DNA from: a virus
Lineage: Duplodnaviria > Caudoviricetes
Virus record (IMG/VR): IMGVR_UViG_2767802080_000001
Coordinates: 1-64,000 of that record
Length of the DNA stretch: 64,000 nt
Reading direction: 5' to 3' (one strand)
In this document: positions 38,412 through 46,945 of the stretch, in pieces
Layout of the letters: every line of letters starts with the position of its first letter
Position numbering within the stretch: position 1 is the stretch's first letter
The notes under the pieces: model-generated
What the model was told of the DNA's origin: nothing
What the model saw: the letters and a program-made list of their open reading frames with translations, nothing else
The model's database searches: none
Position numbers and translations under genes: made by a program

Positions 38412-39166
38412 CCGGCGCGCCCGTCGAGCTGCCCGCCCCCGTACGGCGGCGGCCACGACGGCCCGAGCGGCTCCTCGGCCAGAACAGCGAGCTCCGCGAA
38501 GACGGCGTCTGGGGGTGGACCCTCCCGGCCCTGGCCGCCCGCCTCCCCGACGGCACCACCGTCAAGACCTGCCCGGCAGCTGGGGTCTGCGCATCCGCCT
38601 GTTACGCCAGGAACGGCAGCTACCTCATCCCCAGCGTGGCGGCCCGCCACGTCGAGAACCTCCGGTACGTCGTCGAGGACCTGCCCGGCTGGACGCGGCA
38701 GATGAGCGCAGAGCTGGCCCACCAGCGGTATCGCGGCGGCTGGATCCGTATCCACGACAGCGGGGACTTCTTCAGCCCGGCGTACCTCGCCGCCTGGCTG
38801 CGCATCATGGCCTTCCGGCCCTGGGTGTCCTTCTACTGCTACACCAAGGAGCTGACACTTTTTCGCGAGATGGTGGAACCGGCCCCGCCCCGCAACTTCC
38901 GGTGGGTGTACTCCTACGGCGGCCGCGAGGACCACCTCCTCGACCCCGCCCGGGACCGCGTGGCCGATGTCTTCCCCGACGAGGCATCGATCACCGGCGC
39001 CGGGTGGCACTCGCAGGACCGCAGCGACCTCCTGGCCGTCCTCGGCCCTGCCCCGGTCGGCATCCCCGCGAACAACATCCCGCGCTTCCGCAACCGCATG
39101 GCGGGCCGCACCTTCCGCCAGTGGCAGGCCGAGCGCGACGGCCGTCGTGCCGCCCCAGGCAGCTGA
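38408..39166 (+). CDS. GP88-family protein (Cys triad, radical-SAM-like)
   Basis: LLGQNSEL, TCPAAGVCASACYA, IRIHDSGDFFS, FYCYTK. Confidence 0.8.
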   Translation: MTGAPVELPAPVRRRPRRPERLLGQNSELREDGVWGWTLPALAARLPDGTTVKTCPAAGVCASACYARNGSYLIPSVAARHVENLRYVVEDLPGWTRQMSAELAHQRYRGGWIRIHDSGDFFSPAYLAAWLRIMAFRPWVSFYCYTKELTLFREMVEPAPPRNFRWVYSYGGREDHLLDPARDRVADVFPDEASITGAGWHSQDRSDLLAVLGPAPVGIPANNIPRFRNRMAGRTFRQWQAERDGRRAAPGS

Positions 39167-39246
39167 CCCGCGCACGCCCGGTCCGCTCCCGCCTGCCCGC
39201 TCTACCCTTCTCCGCCCCGACCCCCCCACGAGTAGGGAATCGCCCG

Positions 39247-40215
39247 ATGACACAGGCCACTTACGTAGCGACCGAGGACGTCCCGGCCGACAAGCTGATC
39301 CCCTTCCCCGGCAACGCCAAGCGGGGGGACGTCAGCGCCATCCTCGACAGCCTCCGCCGCAACGCCCAGTACCGCGCCGTCGTCGCCCGCCGCCTGCCCG
39401 GCGGCGAACTGGTCACCCTCACCGGCAACCACACCGTGGCCGCCTTCCGCGAGCACGGTCCCGGCGACTGCGGCGTCCACACCAAGAGGACCGTGCTCAA
39501 GTACGGCAAGAGGACCGTGCCCTGCGGGGTCTGCGGCAACAAGGCCGGGTGGAAGCCGACCGTCCGCACCGAGATCATCACCTGCGACGACGACACCGCC
39601 CGCCGCATCAACCTGGCCGACAACCGGACGGCCGACCTCGGCAGCTACGACGACCGCGCCCTCCATGAACTCCTCGCCGCTCTCGACGGGGACCTGACCG
39701 GCACCGCCTACACCGACAGCGACGTCGACGACCTCCTCAAGACCAGCGGCGCCCTCGCCGAATCGGCCAGCGCTTTCCTGGAGGACTTCGCCGCCCCGGC
39801 ACCCGGCGCCCCGTCGACACACCCCTTCTCCGACACCGCCCCGCCCACCGGCGCCGCCCAGACCCCGCAGCCCCCTGAAGGCACCCAGGAGCGCCCGGCA
39901 GACAGCGAGGCGGCCGCCGCCCCGCCCCCGCACTCCGAAGGCGTCCACACCGGCCCCGCGCCGTACACCGGGCCCGGCGCGCGGCAGCCCGCGGGCGACG
40001 GAATCCCCCTGCCCACCTCTCCCCAGATGGCCCCCCTTCAGTGGGTGTTCACCCTGGAGCAGCGCGACACCGTCCGCGCCGCCATCAAGGCCGAGCAGAT
40101 CCAGGGCGGCCACGACACTGCGGCGCAGGCACTCACCGCGATCTGCAGCCACTACCTCGCCGCCGCCCCCGAGCAGGCCAGTAGCGACGCGGAGGGAGCG
40201 GCCGCGCGTGTCTGA
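39247..40215 (+). CDS. ParB/Srx-like N-terminal domain protein B
   Basis: PFPGNAKRGD, QYRAVV, TGNHT, RINLADNR; paralogue of A. Confidence 0.8.
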   Translation: MTQATYVATEDVPADKLIPFPGNAKRGDVSAILDSLRRNAQYRAVVARRLPGGELVTLTGNHTVAAFREHGPGDCGVHTKRTVLKYGKRTVPCGVCGNKAGWKPTVRTEIITCDDDTARRINLADNRTADLGSYDDRALHELLAALDGDLTGTAYTDSDVDDLLKTSGALAESASAFLEDFAAPAPGAPSTHPFSDTAPPTGAAQTPQPPEGTQERPADSEAAAAPPPHSEGVHTGPAPYTGPGARQPAGDGIPLPTSPQMAPLQWVFTLEQRDTVRAAIKAEQIQGGHDTAAQALTAICSHYLAAAPEQASSDAEGAAARV

Positions 40216-41302
40216 CCTCCTCGCCCTGCACGACGTGCGCTGGCCGCCCGCCCCGACCGCGGCCGCGCGCCACGCCGTCAGCAGCGCCCTCGACTCCCGC
40301 TCATGGACGGCGCGCCGCTACACCCGCCTCGCCGAACAGGCCATGAGCGACCTCACCGGCGCCCCGCACGCGGTGGCGTTCCAGTCCTGCACGGCCGCCA
40401 TCCACGCCACCCTCCTCGCCCACGGTGCGCAGCGCGGCACGCCCGTGCACACCCCTGCCTTCGGCTTCGCCGGAACCCTCACCGGCGCCGCCCACATCGG
40501 CGCCACGCTGCTCTACCACGACGTCGACCTCGGCACCGGCAACAGCGTCGAGCCCGGGCACACGCCGGGGCAGCTCGTCCTCACCCCCGACCTCCACGGC
40601 GTCCCCCACAACCTGCCGCGCGCCGAGGTCATCACCGACGCCTGCCAGTCCCTCGGCACCCTCACCGACGGCCGCCACGGCGGCGCCACCGGCACGCACT
40701 GCTGGAGCTTCTCGTCGACCAAGCTCGTCGCCGCCCCGGACGGGGGAGCGGTCACCACCGACGACGAGGCCCTGGCCGCCGAGCTCCGCCAGCTCCGCGA
40801 CTACGGCGCCGAACCGTGGGAGTCCCGCGCCAACGCCTTGATCACCCGGCCCGGTCACAACTGGCGGCCCAGCGAGCTGTCCATGGCCCTCGTCGTCGAA
40901 CAGCTCTACACCCTCACCGAGACCGCGGCCCGCGCGCGGGAGGTCGGCGCCCGCGTCCAGCAGACCCTCGTCGACTGCGGCCTGTGGCACCAGCGCACCC
41001 GCCCCATGGTCGAACCCGCCTGGCACAAACTCCGCACCGGCCTCCCTGGCTCCGGGCACCGGCGGCTGCCCGCGGCCCTCACCGAGGCCGGGATGCCCCT
41101 CCACCGATGGGGCCACCACCCACTGCCCGACCACCCCTTCTTCGCCCCAGCCGAGGGCCGCCGGCATGCCACCCCGCACGCCGAACGCCTCGCCGCTCAG
41201 ACCTTCTGCCTCGGCACCGAGGCCTGCCCGCCCTGGACGTGGTCGCCCGGCGAGACCGAACTCGTCTGCACCACCCTCGAAATGATCACGGAGGACCTGT
41301 GA
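40208..41302 (+). CDS. DegT/DnrJ/EryC1/StrS PLP-dependent aminotransferase
   Basis: SCTAAIH, DACQSLG (Asp), SFSSTK (Lys), DGGAVTTDD, GHNWR. Confidence 0.9.
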   Translation: MSDLLALHDVRWPPAPTAAARHAVSSALDSRSWTARRYTRLAEQAMSDLTGAPHAVAFQSCTAAIHATLLAHGAQRGTPVHTPAFGFAGTLTGAAHIGATLLYHDVDLGTGNSVEPGHTPGQLVLTPDLHGVPHNLPRAEVITDACQSLGTLTDGRHGGATGTHCWSFSSTKLVAAPDGGAVTTDDEALAAELRQLRDYGAEPWESRANALITRPGHNWRPSELSMALVVEQLYTLTETAARAREVGARVQQTLVDCGLWHQRTRPMVEPAWHKLRTGLPGSGHRRLPAALTEAGMPLHRWGHHPLPDHPFFAPAEGRRHATPHAERLAAQTFCLGTEACPPWTWSPGETELVCTTLEMITEDL

Positions 41303-42411
41303 CCCACACCCCGCTCCACCCAGTCCGCGTCGGCATCATCGGCGTCGGCAACTGCGCCCGCGCCCTCATCGAGGGCATCGCCTACTACCGGCAGGAGCCC
41401 GACGACGACACCGGCCTGTGCCACCCGACCATCGGTGGCTACACCCCCGCCGACGTCGAGCCCGTCGCCGCCTGGGACGTCGACACCGACAAGGTCGGCC
41501 GCTCCCTGTGGGACGCGCGCGCCGCGGGCCAGAACCTCGACGTCGGCCTCCCACAGGACCTGAAGCCGATCGCCGACGACGTCACCGTCAGCCGTGCCCC
41601 CGTCCTCGACGGCGCGGGCCACAAGTACCGCGAGCGGATCACCGTCGACGAGGGCGAGCACAACACGTGCGACGACGCGCACCGCATCTGCGAGGAGATC
41701 CAAGCCGCCGGGGTCCTCGTCCTGATCAACTACCTGCCCGTCGGCTCCCAGCAGGCCACGGAGTGGTGGGCGCGGATCGCCCTGGAGACCGGCTGCGCCT
41801 TCGTCAACTGCATCCCCGTCTTCATCGCCCGCAACGAGGAGTGGCGCCAGCGCTTCCGCGCCGCCAGGACGCCCCTCATCGGCGACGACATCAAGAGCCA
41901 GCTCGGCGCGACGTACGTGCACCGCGTCCTCGCCCGCGCCTTCCGGGACCGGGGCATCACCCTGGAACAGACGTACCAGCTGAACGTCGGCGGCAACATG
42001 GACTTCTACAACATGCTGGAGGCCGACCGACTGGCCACCAAGCGGGAGTCCAAGAGCGGCGCCGTCACCGATGCGTACGGCCCCATCTGCCCCGGCAACG
42101 TGCACATCGGCCCCTCCGACTACGTGCCGTGGCTCGGCGACACGAAGAAGGCCTTCATCCGCTGTGAGGGCCGTGGCTTCGCCGGGGCGCCCATCGAGCT
42201 GGAGATGCAGCTCACCGTCCCCGACTCCCCGAACTCCGCCGGGATCGTGATCGACGCCGCCCGCATCGCGCAGACCGCCCTCGACCGCGGGGACCCCGAC
42301 GTCGACGCGTGGGCGTCCGCATGGCTCTTCAAGGCCCCGCCGCGCTCCGTCGCGGAGCAGGACGACACAGAAGCCCGTCACCGCCTCGACGCGTGGCTCG
42401 AAGAGGCCTGA
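41299..42411 (+). CDS. ino1: Myo-inositol-1-phosphate synthase
   Basis: IIGVGNCA, NYLPVGS, GDDIKSQLGAT, QLNVGGNMDF, HIGPSDYVPWL, DSPNSAG, FKAPP. Confidence 0.95.
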   Translation: MTHTPLHPVRVGIIGVGNCARALIEGIAYYRQEPDDDTGLCHPTIGGYTPADVEPVAAWDVDTDKVGRSLWDARAAGQNLDVGLPQDLKPIADDVTVSRAPVLDGAGHKYRERITVDEGEHNTCDDAHRICEEIQAAGVLVLINYLPVGSQQATEWWARIALETGCAFVNCIPVFIARNEEWRQRFRAARTPLIGDDIKSQLGATYVHRVLARAFRDRGITLEQTYQLNVGGNMDFYNMLEADRLATKRESKSGAVTDAYGPICPGNVHIGPSDYVPWLGDTKKAFIRCEGRGFAGAPIELEMQLTVPDSPNSAGIVIDAARIAQTALDRGDPDVDAWASAWLFKAPPRSVAEQDDTEARHRLDAWLEEA

Positions 42412-42412
42412 C

Positions 42413-43225
42413 GTGCACACCGTCCTCAAGTCCAAGACGGCGTACAGCAACGACGACGTCGCCCGCGTGTGGGCCAGCATCACCGACCACGTCACCGAGG
42501 ACGAGGCCGAACGCGCCGTCGAGGAGGCCGCCCGCGAGACCCGGGCGGTCCTCGACGGCCGCCCCGACACCGCGGTGTACGGCTGGTCCGGCGGCAAGGA
42601 CAGCGTCGCCCTCCAGGTCGTCATGGAACGCGCCGGTGTCCACCGCGCCCTCCTCGGCACCATCCCCCACCTCGAGTTCCGCAGCTATCTCGCCTGGTGC
42701 GACGAGCACCGGCCCGACGGCCTCACCGTCATCGGCAACCCGCACATCACCCCGGCCTGGCTCGCCCGCCCCGGCAACGACCGCTACCTCTTCCCCACCA
42801 CAAGCACCGACGGCTACAAGTGGACGATGCTCGGCACCCGCCGCGCCCAGCACCTCTACCAGCAGCAGATGCACCCCCGCCTTCAGATCTACGGGCGCCG
42901 CACCGCCGACGGCAACTACATCCCCCCGACCGAGCACGGCATCCACCGCACCCGCCGCCTCACCACCTACAGCCCCATCCGGCACTGGCCGCACGAACTC
43001 GTCCTCGCCGTCGTCCACTACAACCGGCGCCCCCTGCCGCCCGTCTACGACTGGCCGGACGGGTGGAAGACCGGCACCGGCTCCTGGCCCGGCCGCCGCG
43101 TCGGCGACCGCGACACCGCCTTCGCGCAGACGTACGCGATCGAACCTGAGCGCCTCCTCGAGGCCGCCCCGGATCTGCCCGCGGCTGCCGACTGGCTGCG
43201 CCGGCATACCGACGGGAGCACCTGA
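42413..43225 (+). CDS. PP-loop / PAPS-reductase-like protein
   Basis: WSGGKDS, GRRTADG, SPIRHW. Confidence 0.85.
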   Translation: MHTVLKSKTAYSNDDVARVWASITDHVTEDEAERAVEEAARETRAVLDGRPDTAVYGWSGGKDSVALQVVMERAGVHRALLGTIPHLEFRSYLAWCDEHRPDGLTVIGNPHITPAWLARPGNDRYLFPTTSTDGYKWTMLGTRRAQHLYQQQMHPRLQIYGRRTADGNYIPPTEHGIHRTRRLTTYSPIRHWPHELVLAVVHYNRRPLPPVYDWPDGWKTGTGSWPGRRVGDRDTAFAQTYAIEPERLLEAAPDLPAAADWLRRHTDGST

Positions 43226-44631
43226 TGACCGACATGCCCGACGGTTGGGCCCCGGTCGGCGCCTGCATCGACAAGCACGTAATGGGCTACGTGGCCAAGC
43301 ACAACCGGCCGCGCCTTGCCGCCGGGGCCGACGTCTACACGCTGGCCTGCGAGCGCACCGAGTACGTCCTGGACACCCACGACCGGGCCACGGTCGCGTT
43401 CTCCGGCGGCAAGGACTCCACCGCGGTCCTCAACGTCGCCCTGGAGGTCCTCGCCCGGGAGAAGCGCCTGCACCGGCATCTGCCGCTGCGCGTCTACTTC
43501 TTCGACGAGGAGGCCATCCCGTACGAGACCGAGGAGTACGTGCGCCGCGTCGCCCAGCGCGACGACATCGACCTCGTCTGGCTGTGCCTGCCCGTGCAGC
43601 ACCGCAACGCCTGCTCCCGCCGCTCCCCGTACTGGTGGCCTTGGGCGCCAGAGGACGAGGCGAAGTGGTGCAGGCCGCTGCCCCCCGAGGCGGTCACGAC
43701 GTGGCCCGGCTTCCCGATCTGGCCGCCCGAGGAACGCCTGTCCGTCCCCAACACGAACGGCCTCCTCGCCCCGCCCCCACACACCACCGCGACCTTCATG
43801 GGCATCCGCGCGCAAGAGTCCCTGATCCGCGCACACGCCGTACGCCTGCGGTCCGTCGACAACTACATCGTCCCCTACCGGCCGAAGTCGAACGCGCGGC
43901 AGGCCGCGGCCGTCTTCCACGGCAACCTGTGGAAGGCCTACCCGATCTACGACTGGCTCACCGAGGACGTGTGGGCCGCGGTCCGCCTCAAGGGCTGGGA
44001 CTACAACCGGGCGTACGACGTGATGGAGATGGCCGGTATCGGACCCGCAGGGCAGCGCTGCTCACCCGCCTTCGGCGAGGAGCCCCTGCAGAAGATCCAC
44101 ACCTACGCGCAGTGCTTCCCCGACGTGTGGGCCCGCATGGCCGAGCGCGTGCCGGGCATCGGCGCCGCCTACCGGTACGCCCGCACCGAGCTGTACGGCT
44201 ACGGCAGCAAGCCCGACAAGCCCGCCGGTATGCCCTGGCCGGACTTCATCCGCCACTACCTCAGCAAGCACGGACAGAAGGTCCAGCCGCAGATCGCCGC
44301 GCGCATCCAGGAGATCGTCACCCGGCACTACAGCAAGGTCACGCACCCGATCCTCCCCGCGACCCCGCACCCGGTGACCGGGGTGAGCTGGGCCTTCCTC
44401 CTCACGATCGCGATGCGCGGCGACTTCAAGCAGCGCCGCCAGGAGGCGCACCAGCTGCTGAAGAAGGACCCCACGGCCCTGTGGCACCGCTACGCCCAGG
44501 AGCTCACCGACCTCACCGCGGCCGGGCCCGAGGGCCGGACGGAGATCGGCTACCCGCAGGCGCTGCCCGCCGACCCGCGGACCCTCATCCCCGACGAGTA
44601 CAAGACCCCGCCCACGGAGGCCACACCGTGA
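43225..44631 (+). CDS. IbrA/YbdN-like PAPS-reductase-family protein
   Basis: AFSGGKDS, FFDEE, GIRAQES, YPIYDW..EDVW, YNRAYD. Confidence 0.88.
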   Translation: MTDMPDGWAPVGACIDKHVMGYVAKHNRPRLAAGADVYTLACERTEYVLDTHDRATVAFSGGKDSTAVLNVALEVLAREKRLHRHLPLRVYFFDEEAIPYETEEYVRRVAQRDDIDLVWLCLPVQHRNACSRRSPYWWPWAPEDEAKWCRPLPPEAVTTWPGFPIWPPEERLSVPNTNGLLAPPPHTTATFMGIRAQESLIRAHAVRLRSVDNYIVPYRPKSNARQAAAVFHGNLWKAYPIYDWLTEDVWAAVRLKGWDYNRAYDVMEMAGIGPAGQRCSPAFGEEPLQKIHTYAQCFPDVWARMAERVPGIGAAYRYARTELYGYGSKPDKPAGMPWPDFIRHYLSKHGQKVQPQIAARIQEIVTRHYSKVTHPILPATPHPVTGVSWAFLLTIAMRGDFKQRRQEAHQLLKKDPTALWHRYAQELTDLTAAGPEGRTEIGYPQALPADPRTLIPDEYKTPPTEATP

Positions 44632-45179
44632 CCGACCACACCCCCGTGCCCGAGCCGTTGAGGGCACCGACAGGAACGGAGCTCCAGCCCGTGAGCACGG
44701 TCACCTGGCTGCCCCGCGACGCCCTCGCCGCGAACTCCTACAACCCGAACAAGCAGGCACCCCCGGAGTACCGCCTCCTCAAGACCTCCATCCTGGAGAA
44801 CGGGTGGACGCAGCCCATCGTGGCCCGGGAAGTCGACGACCGGCTGGAGGTCGTCGACGGCTACCACCGGTGGAAGGTCTCCACCGACGCGGAGCTGGCC
44901 GCGCTCACCGGCGGCCTGGTCCCCGTCGTCGTCCTCCCTCCGACGGACCCCGCCTCAGCGCGCATGGCCACCATCCGCCACAACCGCGCCCGGGGCACGC
45001 ATCACGTCCTGGCCATGGCCGACATCGTCTCCGACCTCAAGCGCCTCGGCATCCCCGAGGACGAGATCAGCCGCCGCCTGGAGATGGACCCCGAAGAGGT
45101 CGACCGCCTCGCCGACCGCGGCGACATGATCGCCCGCCACGCCCCTGACACCTTCAACCAGGGATGGACCGTCGGCTAG
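44628..45179 (+). CDS. IbrB/YbdM-like ParB N-terminal domain protein
   Basis: ANSYNPN, GWTQPIV, VDGYHR, TIRHNRARGTH. Confidence 0.9.
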   Translation: MTDHTPVPEPLRAPTGTELQPVSTVTWLPRDALAANSYNPNKQAPPEYRLLKTSILENGWTQPIVAREVDDRLEVVDGYHRWKVSTDAELAALTGGLVPVVVLPPTDPASARMATIRHNRARGTHHVLAMADIVSDLKRLGIPEDEISRRLEMDPEEVDRLADRGDMIARHAPDTFNQGWTVG

Positions 45180-45217
45180 CCCCGCCCCACCAGCCCGCCC
45201 GCACAAGGAGCCGCAGC

Positions 45218-45943
45218 ATGCCCGCCGCCATGAAGCGCAGCCCTGACGACGAGAACGAGATCCACGACCTCACCGCGCACACCGACCCCGGGAACTGCGT
45301 CGTCACCCCCGTCGCCCACTTCCCGGCCCGCGTCGCCCGCACCGTCACCGACGCCCTCCGCCACCTGGTCCAGGCCGCCCACCGCTCCCCGGCCGCCACC
45401 ACCCCCAACGAGGACGGCATCACCCGTGCCCAGACCTTCGAGGAGGGGGAGGTCTACATGCTCGGCGCGCCCTTCACCGGCTACCCCGCCGACCGGTACC
45501 TCATGGACTTCTACGACGTCGTCGAGCGCGACATCTGCTCACGCATGCACCTGCACACCGGGCTCCGCTACGTCCGCATGATGACCGGCCCCGGCACCCG
45601 CATCCGCGTCGCCTCCCTCGCCCCCATCCACATCACCCACGTCCCCGGCGTCACCGCGTTCCTGCCCGAGACCTTCGAAGACGACTACCCCGACGCCCCC
45701 GAAGACCAGCCACGCACCCGCCACAACCTGGTCATCCCCCCGAACTCCTGGGCCGACATGCAGATCCCCCGCGGCGTCAGCCACCAGTTCAACGCCCACG
45801 GCCCCCACGCCGTCATCGACTCCGTCCACCCCGAGGAGTCCATCGAGACCCTCCGCGAGCACATGACCGGCTACCGCATGATGGCCCAAACGATCTTCCT
45901 CGCCGACGAGCAGCCCCCCGCCCACTCCTGTCGACTCACCTGA
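45218..45943 (+). CDS. Cupin-fold protein
   Basis: MHLHTG ... IPRGVSHQF metal-binding cupin pattern; RBS AAGGAG. Confidence 0.7.
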   Translation: MPAAMKRSPDDENEIHDLTAHTDPGNCVVTPVAHFPARVARTVTDALRHLVQAAHRSPAATTPNEDGITRAQTFEEGEVYMLGAPFTGYPADRYLMDFYDVVERDICSRMHLHTGLRYVRMMTGPGTRIRVASLAPIHITHVPGVTAFLPETFEDDYPDAPEDQPRTRHNLVIPPNSWADMQIPRGVSHQFNAHGPHAVIDSVHPEESIETLREHMTGYRMMAQTIFLADEQPPAHSCRLT

Positions 45944-46522
45944 CAGCACAGGCGTCACGCACAGGCCCGCCCAGTAACCCAGGCGGCGGGCCACAGCGCC
46001 CCGTGCACAACGCGGACAGACACACCCGGCCACCCGCACCGACGCGCCTCGGGCTAGCCGTCCCGCGTACCGTCGCAACCCGGAGTCGTGCAAATCCACA
46101 TCACGCCCTTGCCGTTAGGCACGGGATGCATCTGTCCATAGCACTTTGGACAAGGCATGGAGAGCCTCTCAGGAGTGGATGCGGTACCCGCACTCGCACG
46201 ACCAGCGGACAAGCGGCCCGTCCTTGGTGCCCTCCATGTAGCGCCCGCAGCTCCGCGGGCACGTCATGTGCACCGTACCGGTGTTCAGATCCTTCACCGT
46301 GGCCAGATACGCCTGACGGACTTCCTGCTGCTGGTCCATGCCTGGAGTCTAGGACTCCCGCCAGGCCCCGTCATCCACGCCCGCACGGACGACCCCCGCC
46401 CCTCCCCACAGCTATCCTCATGCGCCCCTCACCTGCACACACCCAGGGAAGCCACCCACATGACCCGCTAGTTGAAGAGCAAACCTGGACACATTCCGGT
46501 CCCCGCACCCCCGAGGAGACCC

Positions 46523-46945
46523 ATGGGCGCCTCAGGCCGACAGCGACTCTCCGCCGTGGAGCGACGCAAGAACGCCCTCCAGCTCCAGCTCGCAGGCGTC
46601 GACCTCCGCACCATCGCCGAACAGGTCGGGTACGCGGACGCCTCCGCCGCGAAGAAGGCCATCGACCGGGCCATCGCCGACAGCATCAGCCGGGACAAGG
46701 AGGACATCGACAGCCTCCGCCGCGACGAGATCATGCGCTACAACCGGCTGCAGGCCGCCTTCTGGTCACGGGCCGTCACGGACAAGAACCCGAAGGCCGC
46801 GGACATCGTGCTGAAGTGCATCGCCGGACGCGAGCGCCTCCGCGGCCTCCAGGCCCCCACGCAGATCAACGTCGACGCGCAGAAACTCGGCAACGAGATC
46901 CTCGCTCTCCTCGATGGCGGAGACGACGATGCCGGCAGCGTCTGA
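46523..46945 (+). CDS. terS: Terminase small subunit-like HTH protein
   Basis: ERR..AL.L..AG....IAEQVGY; directly upstream of terL. Confidence 0.75.
   Translation: MGASGRQRLSAVERRKNALQLQLAGVDLRTIAEQVGYADASAAKKAIDRAIADSISRDKEDIDSLRRDEIMRYNRLQAAFWSRAVTDKNPKAADIVLKCIAGRERLRGLQAPTQINVDAQKLGNEILALLDGGDDDAGSV

Noticed and set aside
37593-40215. ParABS partition system
   Set aside because: No ParA Walker-A ATPase nearby and no typical ParB HTH; the context is enzymatic
42309-44627. 956-aa ORF apparently fused to the IbrB-like ParB
   Set aside because: The upstream part is an off-frame shadow over the two PP-loop genes; the real start is GTG 44628
42413-45179. Classical Dnd/Ssp phosphorothioation or 7-deazaguanine pathway
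   Set aside because: No cysteine desulfurase, DndD/E, SspB/C, FolE, QueD or DpdA recognisable; only the PP-loop fold is shared
45944-46522. ORFs 46003/46157 or a pac/cos site before terS
   Set aside because: Weak codon bias and no recognisable motif; a packaging site cannot be identified from sequence alone
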